Assembly (NCBI RefSeq): GCF_023055435.1
Contig: NW_025963802.1
Location: 6,944,001 to 7,008,000 of the forward strand
Length of the DNA: 64,000 nt
Direction of reading: 5' to 3'
From: Haliotis rufescens
Taxonomy: Eukaryota
The notes under the pieces are model-generated. The model saw only the letters and a program-made list of their open reading frames with translations. It had not been told where the DNA came from and did not search any database. This document shows, in pieces, positions 11,607 through 23,503 of the stretch (positions are counted from its first letter, which is position 1; each line of letters opens with the position of its first letter). Made by a program: the position numbers and the translations under genes.

Positions 11607-11872
11607 GACCCGTGAAGATTCCGGGGTAGAATATATGTAGGTCTTCAGCAACCCATGCTTGTCGTAAAAGGTGACTATGTTTGTCGTAAAAGGCGACTAA
11701 TGGGATTGGGTGGTCAGGCTCGCTGATTTGGTTGATGAATGTCATCGATCCAAATGCTTATGATATTATTCACTGGATTGTCTGGTCCAGACTGTATTAT
11801 TTACAGACCGCCGTCATATAGCTGGAATATTGCCGAGTGCGGCGTTAAACGACAAACCAATCAACCAACCAA
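11607..11872 (+). mobile_element. SINE-like retroposon (family B) with 11-bp TSD
   Basis: GACCCGTGAAGATTCCGGGGTAGAA...GCTGGAATATTGCCGAGTGCGGCGTTAAAC followed by a (CAAC/CAAT)n tail. Flanked by TCAAATTACCA at 11596-11606 and 11873-11883. Internal 22-bp tandem duplication (TG[C/T]TTGTCGTAAAAGG[T/C]GACTA). Confidence 0.85.
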
Positions 11873-12016
11873 TCAAATTACCACACCGTACATTATAGTC
11901 ACCAGGAAGAATAATTTCCCAATCTGGGTGTTCATGTAACACAGCAGACAAGCTTTTATCTAAGTACTCTATACCCTTAGGGACTCTATTGTCTGTCATT
12001 ACTAAGTACAAATGTA

Positions 12017-13434
12017 TACTGAACAACAAAAGTTCCTGTGACATTGAATAAGATTTAATGCAAAGTTATGCTTTTTACCAAATCTGAAACAAATTCGGTT
12101 TGCTATGGATAAAAGACTCCTGTAAGTGTTCAAATGGTTTAATTTCCCATACAGACTTCAGAAAAAGCGTGATTTCATAAAACAAAATCAAACCAATCGA
12201 ATTACATAATTGACATAATCAATAAATAAACATAATCAGTAGCGTGTGTGTCCACCTCTGGCAAGCAACTCATCTTCGTCTCATGGAATGGACCAGGCGT
12301 CGCACAAAGTCCTGTGGGATATCTGTCCATATCTGCTGGAGCATGTTTCGAAGTTCCTGCAGGGTCTGTGGAACACGTCGAAGGTTGTCTCTCCATCTCA
12401 TCCCACATGTGCTCGATTGGTGAGAGATCAGGGGAGCGAGCCGGCCAGGGAATGACATTCACGTTGTTTTGTTGAAGAGAATCCTGAACAAGTCGAGCAA
12501 TTTGAGGCCGGGCGTTGTCATGTTGAAAGGTCATGACCGGGCCATGACGACGCAAAAACGGTAGAACAACAGGGCCGATGATCTCATCGCGGTAGTGCTG
12601 TCCATTGAGATTTATCTCTACCACTATCAAACAGGTCCTCTGTCTTTCTGTAATCTCACCCCATACCATAACGCTGTCGCCCCCGAACCGATCTTCTTCC
12701 ATGACACAATGATTGACGTAACGTTCACCTCGACGTCGGTACACTCGAATGCCTCCATCGCTGTGGATGAGGTGAAAACGAGACTCGTCAGTGAATAGAA
12801 CTTGTCCTAAGTGCATGACCGTCCAGCATAGACGCTGTCTGCACCACTGTAGACGTGCTTGAAGGCCAGAGATGCTTCTTGCAGTCACTGTTGCTGGCTG
12901 GAATCGATTTCGTAGGTGTGTTGTTCGAATCAAGTTGTCTTGTCGATTATTGGTTACACGTGGCCTGCCACTCCGAGGATGGTCTCTGACTGCATTCGTC
13001 TGTTGCCAACGTTGCCATAAACACCAAATGGTGTTCCTGTGGACATTAAATTGTCTTGCAACATCACGTTGACTCGATCCTGCTTCAAGCATACCAATGA
13101 CTCGCACACGCTCATTTTCGGACAGGCGTTGTTTTTCGTAATGTTGAATAGTTACGTAATTTTGTTGTTTTTCTGAGTGGTTGTTGTCAGCACGATGCTA
13201 AACAATGCATATGGAATCCCGTTAACGCACATGTTTTCATACCCATGCTTGGGTAGTGAAATGCATGGGACTTGCATAAAAGTCATCTTTTGCATGGAAT
13301 ACATGCTTTTCTGTAGCAGTTGGTTTTTTTGTGACTTGATTTCCTTGCATGTACTACAATATTGAAAACCAGACTTAACTTGTTTGAAAAATACACTAAA
13401 ATATTGATGTCACAGGAACTTTTGTTGTTGAGTA
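12017..13434 (-). mobile_element. Tc1-family (DD34E) DNA transposon, defective, copy 1
   Basis: 28-bp TIRs TACT[G/C]AACAACAAAAGTTCCTGTGACAT with 1 mismatch. TA duplication at 12015-16 and 13435-36. Transposase remnant at 12202-13107 has an HTH, GRPR, FTDESRF and QHDNARP-(34 aa)-SPIEHMWD. There is no start ATG, there appears to be an internal deletion in the DNA-binding region, and the C-terminus is frameshifted. Confidence 0.95.
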
Positions 13435-13721
13435 TATTAACAGGATGCACAAAACCAACAAGTAAATTACGTGTGAGATTATATATACTCCTATCAAGTA
13501 ACAGAAATATCATGTCTGTGTAGTCAATAATAACACGGCGCAGACCATGTGATAGTGAAGTGTGAACACACACAGACACGCCCTCTCGGTAGTTTACCCT
13601 CTGCAGTTCGTGTAGACACGGTACTCGGGGAACATGGTCTCTATGCTTTCCTTTGTGCAGTGTATCTCTAGAAGACCAAAGATACTGTGATCAGTGGAAA
13701 TAAACTTCAATAAAACTTCAT

Positions 13722-14010
13722 GATTTATTCTATCAAATGCCTTTGAAAAATCAACGAAGATGCTATAAAATCTACCATTAGTTTTTGGAGAGATATTTGT
13801 GCAAATGCCTGTAATGCCAAAAAGTGATCAATAGAAAAATATCCGGATCTAAATCCAGCTTAAGGGCTTAATATTCGTGTATAATATTATTAATGTCACA
13901 CCAGGATTGTAATATTTTATCCAGAATATATGTCAGAACTTTGCACAGTGAGTAAATAAGAGATATGCCCCTGTAATTATCTGTAATATAAAACAAGCTA
14001 CATACATCAA
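13722..14010 (-). mobile_element. Separate short LINE RT fragment (C)
   Basis: Translates to ITDNYRGISLIYSLCKVLTYILD...KYLSKTNGRFYSIFVDFSKAFDRI, i.e. early RT motifs related to but different from LINE A. Repeated at ~27970-28260, ~42262-42550 and ~55335-55625. Confidence 0.8.
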
Positions 14011-14169
14011 TGTTTGTTAATTAATGCACATGTCTACATGCTCGTTGAGAGGTCAGATGAAGTGAAATGAGGGTTAACGTCACATTCACTTCCCTAGCTA
14101 CTCGCACTTTGTAAAGGGTCATGCGATTATTCATTTGACCGCTTACACATATGCTAGTTTTGTCGCGGT

Positions 14170-14865
14170 ACCTCATAGTACACATTACCCTCCACAGTGG
14201 ATATACATGCATATAGTGCTGTTCGTCCTTGATATTGCTTCCTGTATAAGGATAGAGTTCACATGGTCCAAAGCAGTGCTTCCTATACATATATATAGTT
14301 CACATTATCACAGAGGGTGCCTCCTACACCCGCATATAGTTCGCATCGTCCATGCGATACCATGCTGCTGACCAAAGCCCTAGAAACTCGCACAAGCCAT
14401 GCTGCCAAACACGGCCACCCTTCCATCAACTTTCCACGAGCAACGTTGCTTAACGTCGCCTGATTTGTGACCTGTGCTTTGTACACGGGGTGCCGTACAA
14501 TCAACAATGTGAACTATATGTACGCTAAGGACAATGGGGGTTATTATACATATGTAATTATAAATAAACATATATATACATATTAGGAAACTCTGCCTGG
14601 GACGATGCGAACTATATGCGGGAATAGGGGGCACACTCTGTGATAACTATATACACGAATAGCAAGCACTGCGTTTGTAGAAAGCACTGACAGCGACAAT
14701 GGGAAGTATATATATGAATAGGAAGCGCTTTCTGGAATAATGTAAACTATTTGCGTGTGTAGGAAGTACTTGCAGCGAAAATGGGAAGTGTAATACGTGT
14801 ATGGGAAGTACTGTCTGGCACAATGTGAGCTATACACTTACTGAAAGCACTGCTCGGAACAATGA
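14170..14865. repeat. Fold-back structure: two oppositely oriented arrays of a degenerate ~41-bp subunit around a ~150-250 bp spacer
   Basis: The subunit is approximately ATAATGTGAACTATATAyrTGTATAGGAAGCACTGyyyGG, with ~5 reverse copies on the left and ~7-8 forward copies on the right. The inner 47 bp pair almost perfectly (in unit 1, 50-96 versus 345-391, 3 mismatches). Also at 1-610, ~28425-29120, ~42710-43400 and ~55785-56480. Confidence 0.8.
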
Positions 14866-15719
14866 GATTGTATGGAACATGTATTGTTAGAAACAATATG
14901 TATCTAGGCCCTGGATACTATGTCATCATACCAAACATTAACACAAATGTGAAACGTATCAATGTACCAATCAGCCTACCAAACGGTAGATGAATAACAC
15001 CAAACCAACAAATTAAGAGACAATGAATCAGAAATTCAAAAGAGAACGTGTTTATTTCAAAACGGTTGAAAAATTAACAAATACAATTGATTGTTATATA
15101 TGATATAACACAAGTATTGTTCAATATTGTTTCTATTTAAGATGATATACGAATCTTCACACATGATCACACATAAATTGATAGTTGCTTTAAGCACCAC
15201 ATCAACAATATATTATACAATATCATACAATGACAAAAAATAAGAAACACCTCCTTTATAGATCTATGAAATAGTGCAAGTCATACATATAGAATATGTT
15301 TATGTCCTTGACGAATAAATTATACAATGCCATAAACATATACTGCCAATAATAATGCTACTTGTATGCTTTGATTAAACGCTTTGATGGTGTAACTGAT
15401 GGATTTACTAACTTAATTGGTTACCAATTCGTTTTGTTCTCATAAAGTGTAGGCATTATAATCAGGTATAATGTTAACTGACATTTCCGTTAATAATTCC
15501 AGCATTATAAGTGAAATGCCATACCTCAATGTACTTGGCATTACATATTTAGTATGAAGACAGTTGAACACAAATGTCAAAAATGTAATGTATTCTGTGA
15601 TTTAGGCATCTTACAAACCAGGACTAGTAGTGTGGGCTATACATGGTGGAACACCAAAATGCTATGTTTCAAGTCTTCGGGGTTTATTTGTTGAACTTAA
15701 GGGTAGGCCAAGCAACCTC

Positions 15720-18700
15720 TCATCTCCGCCATTTGGTTAAATCGATTGTTGGAAGATCGTTGCAGGGTATCAAAGGATTGCTGTGAAATACAAAAATGTG
15801 TCACCCAGTTAAAATATTAACATTTCCGTCAGCATATTTCATATGATCTGGTTTTATATTCGTATCCTATATAACTGAATGAGCTTGAATATGTTACATT
15901 CAAAGTGTGTCACGAGGTGTAAATGGATCCAGGATACAATTCTGATTAATGTTCACTAAATGAAGTACGCCAGATATACCCTGTCGCATGTTAATATGAG
16001 GTCTGTCTGTGCGAGATAATTAATTACTGACGAACAAAGGAGATGAATGTCTTCATTGCCTACCTTTCTTTTGAGTACACTGTAAAAGGATCTCTTTGGA
16101 TGGACTTCACTCCTGAATTCCTACAAAGAATTTTGGCAAAGCGCATTCGTCGGATCTCAGACAGTTGTCCTGAAATAGAAAACGCAATAAATATTTATAT
16201 ATACAATTACTTCTGACAGCAAGAGAGTATCTTTTTTCCAAACTATTGTCAGTGAAACACTAAAACATTTTGACATCTTGAATTAGAAATGCAATAAAAT
16301 TCATATAATGATATAACATTCTCATCTTAAAGGCATATTAAGTTATCTCATAAGTACATAGTTTGACATCAACAAAATAGTTTAACAAAACATACAAGCA
16401 CACAGGAACAGACTGGACGGTACCTAATGTAAAGCCCTTTCTTGGATGGGATGTTTCGAACCAGAATGAGTCGCCATATTTCAGGTCATGGAACTGTTGA
16501 CCAATCAGACAAGCGAGGAGAGGGCCCACTGCACCGCCATGCACGTGCTGTTCAGCTACTGCACCGGTGAAGACGTCGATGTCATCAGGGGATCTGAAGC
16601 AAGAATACATAAACGTAAGGAGATCTTGAGAAATGTCAAATAAGGGTTAAAGTATCTTTATTTAATAAATTTGTTACAATAACTCTGTACACATATAAGA
16701 GTAAATTAAATTAGACAAACCTGTATACACTTTTCAAAGCAGCTCCTGCTTTACCAAATATACTGTCATCAAATGAAGTCACTTCCCATAGCTGACATGC
16801 CTTGCGGAAGCTGTTGTATGATGGCAGGCCGTGGTCACGACCTCTCTGAATGTTCAAGGACACGATGTCAAAGCCATTATTGCCCGACGTCTCAAACAAA
16901 TGCTCAGTCATCCCACTGTTGATGAATCGGTTAACCTCCTGATGTCTGTCCTTGAGGATAGCCTTCAGCACGGTGTCCAGATCTTTGATGACCTCAGAAG
17001 GTCTGAAGAAGAGCTGTTCTATGGGTACACGTCGATCTCCGAGGGTCAGGAAACGTGGAATGGTGGAGTGGCCGTATCTGAAGGCGGCGGTGGCGAAAAC
17101 GTTGTAGATGGTGGGGTTTTGGGTGAAGTTGTACCTGAAGCTGAAGCCAGGGGTCAGTCTGTACTTCCTCATGGCCAAGGGCCCAACAATAATGGGCAGC
17201 CATTCGCGGTAGGTGACTTGTTGGATGATGGCTGACACGATCTTTCTGGCCTCCTCAAACAAGACATCATCAGGAGTGGTCGATGGCATGACATCAGCAA
17301 GTTCTTTGACAAGACGATTGTGTTCGCGGACAAACATGGTGTGTAGCACGGCCAGACCAGGGAACACGTTCACACGGTCGTCACCTGATGATGGAGTTAG
17401 TTATAAAGAAGGTGTGAAAGTGTTGTGAATTATCATTCGAAATGTACCAAATAGTCATGTGTGAAGTACAATATAAAAAGATTCTGAAAATAGTACTACG
17501 GATACATTAATAATTAAGTTGTATTTACCAGCTTCAAAACACCATTCGTTGGTATTGCTTGTTCGACAGTTGCCTTGGTTGGATTCTGGCAACAGGTTAT
17601 CGCCCTTGGTTTTCATGTAGGCTGAAAAGTTGAATGACAACATTTATTTGTATATACCAATTTCTCTCCACGGTATTTGCCACATTTTAAAATATTTGTT
17701 TGATCATGAATTATAATTTAAAACAAAATATTGCCTGACTTACGTCCATTCCTGAGGTGATTGATCTGATCCTGACTGAGTCCGTACACGTTAGAGGCGT
17801 CCACAAAGGACGTCAGTAGGTTCAACTGTTCTCGAGTATCTGGAAGTCACATGGTTTTAAATTAAATATGGATGTTATCATACAGTGTTGTTTATGGCTT
17901 TCGTTACTTAATAAGATGAGCATAAAAATAATGACAGAACAATCCTTCATTGAAATGAGGTAACCTACACAGCCTTGTATTCATATACTCACTCCTTCCA
18001 GGTGCTGGGGCTGATCTTTTGAACTCCATGCAGTTCTTTTGGAAATGTCCTTCATTTACTGGCATGGTGATTGGGAAACAAGGACCGCTGGAACAGTGAA
18101 ATACAACCATTGTTATGATAATGTTTATGATATGTTATGATACACAAACACATGCTTATGATATAGTCGGAATCGTACGGTAGACTTTTATAATCATGGA
18201 AAAGGTTGTATCCCTTTCATCCCAATTCTAAACATGTATACAATGTCACGTAATTTTAAAGTTTATTATTTCTGATTCATTTATTTCAAATATCTCGACC
18301 AGTTATTTCCATTAACACAAACAGAATGATTAAGTGTGGAAAATATAGAATGTTAATTGCTTACCCAGCTCGTACATCAGAATGCATCTCTCCAGGTGTG
18401 TGACCATCGCAACATTTAGATTGAACATCACCTTGAAGGAATATGAGGATTTGTTAAGTTAATACAAAGATTTAGATGCATATCGTAATTATTGAAATAG
18501 GTTCGAAAAATATGGATCACAAAAACAAATATATCACAGTTTGTCTGATTTCATCATCACACGTCTGGTCACTTTGATGGTCAGAGGGTATTGGCCATTT
18601 GGCACCTACCTGCATGGAGAGGAGTTCCGGTGAGATCGTGGTCAACAAACTGCCCCCACTGCATCACCATCACCGTGTGGTCATCAGAAGGACTGTCAAC

Positions 18701-20811
18701 TCCCGGATGGACGGCCACACTGATGGCGCGTGGACTGGGGAGGGGATAACCATCAACGCCTCTCATTCGGGGAACGAACTTGCCTGAAAAGTCAAACCTT
18801 TGCTTTTAAAGTTCACTAAAGTATGGTTAGTTGTAATATTGATGGGGCATAACTAAATGTCCCCATTGGAATACTTACAAGACTTGCTTCCAAACGGTCT
18901 GATTTATTTATGAAAATCGCCCTGGTCATAAGCATGAAATAATGATTTTTAAGTTCTAATATCAATGTGAAGAAAGTCAGTTCTTTACCATCATCATATG
19001 CAGGATCAATAAATCTCTTGAATGGTTGGTTGGTTGATCCCCAGGTTGGCCAGCGAGCATTGTTGCAACTTCCGTCCATTGTCCGGTAGCGGGCGTCTTG
19101 TCTGCAGTCGATAGAGCGCCGTCTGTAAAAGTGAATGGTGTTATCAAGTCTAATGATAATTGGTGTAGGTATCAACTATATTAAACTCTCAACCACAAAC
19201 GAAGTGTCCATAGATGAGAGTTAGTACGAAACTGACCTGATGGTGTGTTTGTCTTGATACTTGGATGTGCTGATGTCTTCTATGGAAATCTGAGACGTCT
19301 CGGCGGCGTCAGCCAGTGTACAAACAACATACTTGTCTTCGTCATCACCTACGTCAAAGTAAAGGCATTAATACACTGCTTACTATCATGGGACAATTTC
19401 AGAGTACTTTAACTTCGAAAGTCTGATCAAAGGTCGCACCATCTGAACTGGATGATGTTCTATAGTGGATAATGATGTTTGAGAACGCGTATCAGCAAAA
19501 TATTTGTTTTAAATAATCGGAATTTGTCATCTGTATGTCCCATATGCAATAAATCCTCTGAAACATATGTATGATCAGATTTGTCAGTTAACCCAATAGA
19601 CAAATCATGGATAGTGATGCCGTTAATGTTGAATAATTAGACTTCTTACCATGCAGGAGTCTGAACAAGATGTCAATTCTGTTTTCTCTGTCCAGCGTTT
19701 GTCCATCAACTGTTCCTTGGTGGTCACCCCAAGTCGTTGGTGAAGTTTTTGTCGCACCCTCTAATAGGTAAATAAGTTCAGAGTATAGAGAAATAGGGTT
19801 GTTACAGATTATGAATGCAATCACAAAAACTTTCATACTTTGCCACCCCACATTTTGTTCTATTTAGTGGCGTTAAACGGGGTCTTTGAATATGTCTGGA
19901 AATATCAACACAAGTCATTTCACGTGCATCTTTCAGGGTATACCCAAACACATATTTATTCATCTTATCTCTTAATCTTAGAATTCAAGAGAACATCATT
20001 ATCTCCAACAATCCCTTCTTCAAATGTGTACCCCGAAGTGTAACAATGTAACCGGTGTGAACTTACTGTTCGTTGATGACTCATCAGTGACATCGTCAAG
20101 GAATTTCGTGTTCATCTGATGATCCATTCCAACCAGATCTGATTGTATTGCCTTGACTGAAGGTAAGGTAGTTTTTAGTCAAACAACTGGTATCACAAAA
20201 TATAATATCCGTACATTAAAACATTCAATCTATATTTAGTGACATTGATTTCGTCAAAGGTCCGTCTCTACATTGAAGGACTAAGCATAATAGTAAGTAG
20301 AAATTTGGCATCTTTAACACAGATATCTCATTATTTCAGCATATTACATGATGCCAGTTGCGTGAGTAACGCCCAAGCAGATGAAACTAAAATAGTATTA
20401 TTCAATCCTTCACTATAGCTTGTCAAGATTTGGTTCATAATTTTTAAAACACTATACTCACGTTGCTCAATGACGGAATCTATGTGGTTAACCTATAAGG
20501 GAATGAGTAAACATAGGTTAAATAATCGGTCTAGGGTAAAACAGATGTGATAATCTCAAACACCGTATGCCACCCGTTACTTTGAACATGATGAGAGAAA
20601 GAAGTTTCAGAACAATAAACCCAGAGTAAGTAATTACATGACATTTCTTATATATACTGATTTTCTACAGACATTCATGACTAGCCAGATAAATACCAAT
20701 ACTGATAATGAGAAGAAAAGATAAAAGAAGAAACAAAACACAACCTACCTCTGTGTCCGCCTCTCCAGCAGTGACCACGGTCAACATACAAACAAACAAC
20801 ACAACTTTCAT
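15720..20811 (-). CDS. Secreted heme peroxidase, copy 2, 15 exons, apparently intact
   Basis: Same exons at offset +14259 to +14261. Catalytic motifs and splice sites are retained. Only a few substitutions (RHVP>RRVP, LSEV>LWEV, TVF>TVY). Confidence 0.93.
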
Positions 20812-22363
20812 CGTTTCTGCTTCTGTCCAGTACAAAGTGGGAATGTCTGATACACCAAAGATGGGACCTTGTATTTATACTCATATTCCTGGATTAAATC
20901 AACACAGATTACCCTAGAATTCACACTCCCCTGCTGGGTATTATCCGACATATCTACATGGGGGAGCTAAACATCTTGGATTAAGTGGAGGCAGGCTGAT
21001 TATCCCGGAGCAGCGTCATCGCCGCCATTGTTCTTGGTGTGGTGTATAAACATCAATAACGAGGCAGTTGGTAACTGTTTCTCACCAGGGGGTATTATCA
21101 GAGGGCATTGTTGAGATTATATATAATAGTAACATATTAATAATAACTGAAACGGGAGAAAATGTAAGTTTCTTGTTTTTTGACTGAAAATACAAATAAA
21201 ATAATTCATGTCTCCCAAAATCTCTATGAACTTCTCCATAAGATATGTCACGTGACCCTTCCCTTGAGATATGTAGTTCTTTTAGCTTGAACATCACAAA
21301 AACCTTATCAGTGTATTCGCTTTAAGGTTACTCACGTTTTTGTATTCGGTTTTGCTATTGTAATCGCTAAACAAATGTACTTTGAGAACATATATTCAGT
21401 ACACCATCTCTTCCGAATTCATTTGTANNNNNNNNNNNNNNNNNNNNNNNNNNNNNNNNNNNNNNNNNNNNNNNNNNNNNNNNNNNNNNNNNNNNNNNNN
21501 NNNNNNNNNNNNNNNNNNNNNNNNNNNNNNNNNNNNNNNNNNNNNNNNNNNNNNNNNNNNNNNNNNNNNNNNNNNNNNNNNNNNNNNNNNNNNNNNNNNN
21601 NNTTATAATTGAGATATGTATGTACCACATAAAATGTACGACTGGACTTCGTGTTTATGAATAAGTGGAAAATTTGCGATTACATGTAATTGTCAGTTCC
21701 TATTAGCAATATCGATGATTGACAATTAGTTTAAAAAGTTGATCCTATATGTATTATTTCATTACATTGAGGGACTAGAAAATCCTCCAGACACAAAACG
21801 TAGTGACCATTTCAATGCATTTGTCTCCCAGTACTTGTCTGCAAAGCTTGTCAAGAACAACTCGTGATGAGAAGCGGATTACCAACTGTCTCATTGTAAT
21901 GATACCACTCTTAGAACAATTACAGTTGATGAGGACACGCCCAGATCAACACCATTCATTTATATAATCCCGGATTTGTGGTAAAAACAAGACTGTAACT
22001 TATCACGGATTATCATCAGCGACAGCGGATTACGGGATAATCTGATTTAGTGTATTCGGCAAACATGGTTGTCCAAATATGTAAGAACCATGCCCGATCT
22101 ATTCGCTCTCATGTGCCAAATATTAATACAATCATTGCTTTTTAGAGCAACCTACATGTGCATCTGTATTCCTCTATAGCACGTTCAGTGTTCTAAATGT
22201 ATCTTTTAAAAGTATATATATTCATATACATACAATAATACGATACAATAATACGAATGCTTCAATATCCTGCATACACAGTTGTTGATATTAAATATTT
22301 GTTTTCCCATTTCTCATTGTAAAACCTTAAGTTAAGAAAATAGACAAATGTTATCTCTGAAGA

Positions 22364-22533
22364 GTGAGTGAGGTAGTATCTTTTTTCGCCGCTTTTGACA
22401 ATTTTCCAGCAATATCAAGGCGTGGGACACCAGAAATGAGCTTCACACATTGTATCCATGTAGGGAATGGAGCCCGTGTCTTCGATGTAACGAGCGAACA
22501 CTTTAACCACTAGGCTACCCCACCGCTCCTCTC
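22364..22533 (-). mobile_element. tRNA-derived SINE A, copy 2
   Basis: Same element and TSD as 8081-8250. Confidence 0.85.
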
Positions 22534-23472
22534 TCTCTGAAGAATTCATAAGATGGATAATGTTTCAGTTCCTGGATTATCTGTATAATATTGTTGTATA
22601 TATTGCTTTCTGAACTGGGAGTAGCGTTCACATATCATCATCACACGGTATTCATCTTCTACACTCCTCATATTTTTCTTCAAACAGAACTCGCAATATC
22701 TTTCATCATGAGGAATATTATTGTGTCTTCCAATCTGAACACATAATCCAAAAATATTTCATCTAAATTTTGCTAAATGCCAATTAATATATTGAGGTAT
22801 GTTTATTGTTAGATATGATTCAGTATTGTGAAGTGACGTATATTGTTTATAGTACTTGCACTTTGATGAACTTTCCAAGGATGAGTGCCAATTTGTTGAA
22901 GATCCTTGTTTAAATTAGTTTTAAAGATTTCAGCATCTCCCATGTTCTGCTGAATCCAGACTATACCAAATCCTAGATGAAATATAATATTCATAATTGA
23001 AGTAACCCATGTGTGTCTTCCAGCATTATCAATAGATATAAGTATAATGTAAATCTGATATGGTAGTCTATTATTGTAGAGGTGAATTAATATAGTCCAG
23101 TATTTTATATCTATTGTCATGTAAATACATTCTCTGCCAGTCTGCCACACTCTCCAAGAACCATGTTATTAAGAGTAATATTATTAAATCTAGGAAATCG
23201 TTTGCCGAATACAGTCTATGTACTTTCCATTTACTTGTTATATGAAGTTCCCCAGATTTCAGCACCATAACACAATATTGGAACTATCATGCCGTCAAAC
23301 GTTTTGAAGTTGTCTTTATGTGATAAATATCCGAATTTCTTTTGATAATTAAAGATGTTGATGAGTGATTTCTTGGCTTGAGCAGAAAGTAAGTTTATTT
23401 TCTGCTTCGAAGGCCATCAGCCCATGTACACAGTTGATACAACAATATCCATAGACAGACAGAGAGACAGAC

Positions 23473-23503
<31 letters not shown>

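Larger units (their letters stand above)
9115..13545 (-). mobile_element. Decayed APE-RT non-LTR retrotransposon (LINE A), interrupted by SINE B and Tc1
   Basis: APE endonuclease remnants (IFLLLDRSIYNLTRNLLVGFV; IILPGDYNVRCG). RT remnants (GKAAGPDSI, NYRGISL, QAGVRKG, VNFKKAFD, LLYADD). C-terminal RICRMC...IEDELHFIFDC. The 3' end has AATAAA at 9117-9122. Multiple frameshifts. Clade not assigned. Confidence 0.9.

Noticed and set aside
12017-13434. Active Tc1 transposase (or LINE) mobilising the cassette as a giant cargo transposon
   Set aside because: All copies are disrupted, each Tc1 has its own closed TIR/TA ends inside the LINE, and units are joined seamlessly head to tail without TSDs. 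This fits recombination-based amplification.
13542-13720. Possible solo LTR or MITE fragment (AGACCATGT...ACATGGTCT; AATAAA...CA end) between LINE A and LINE fragment C
   Set aside because: Only a 9-bp inverted match and no TSD; insufficient to call.
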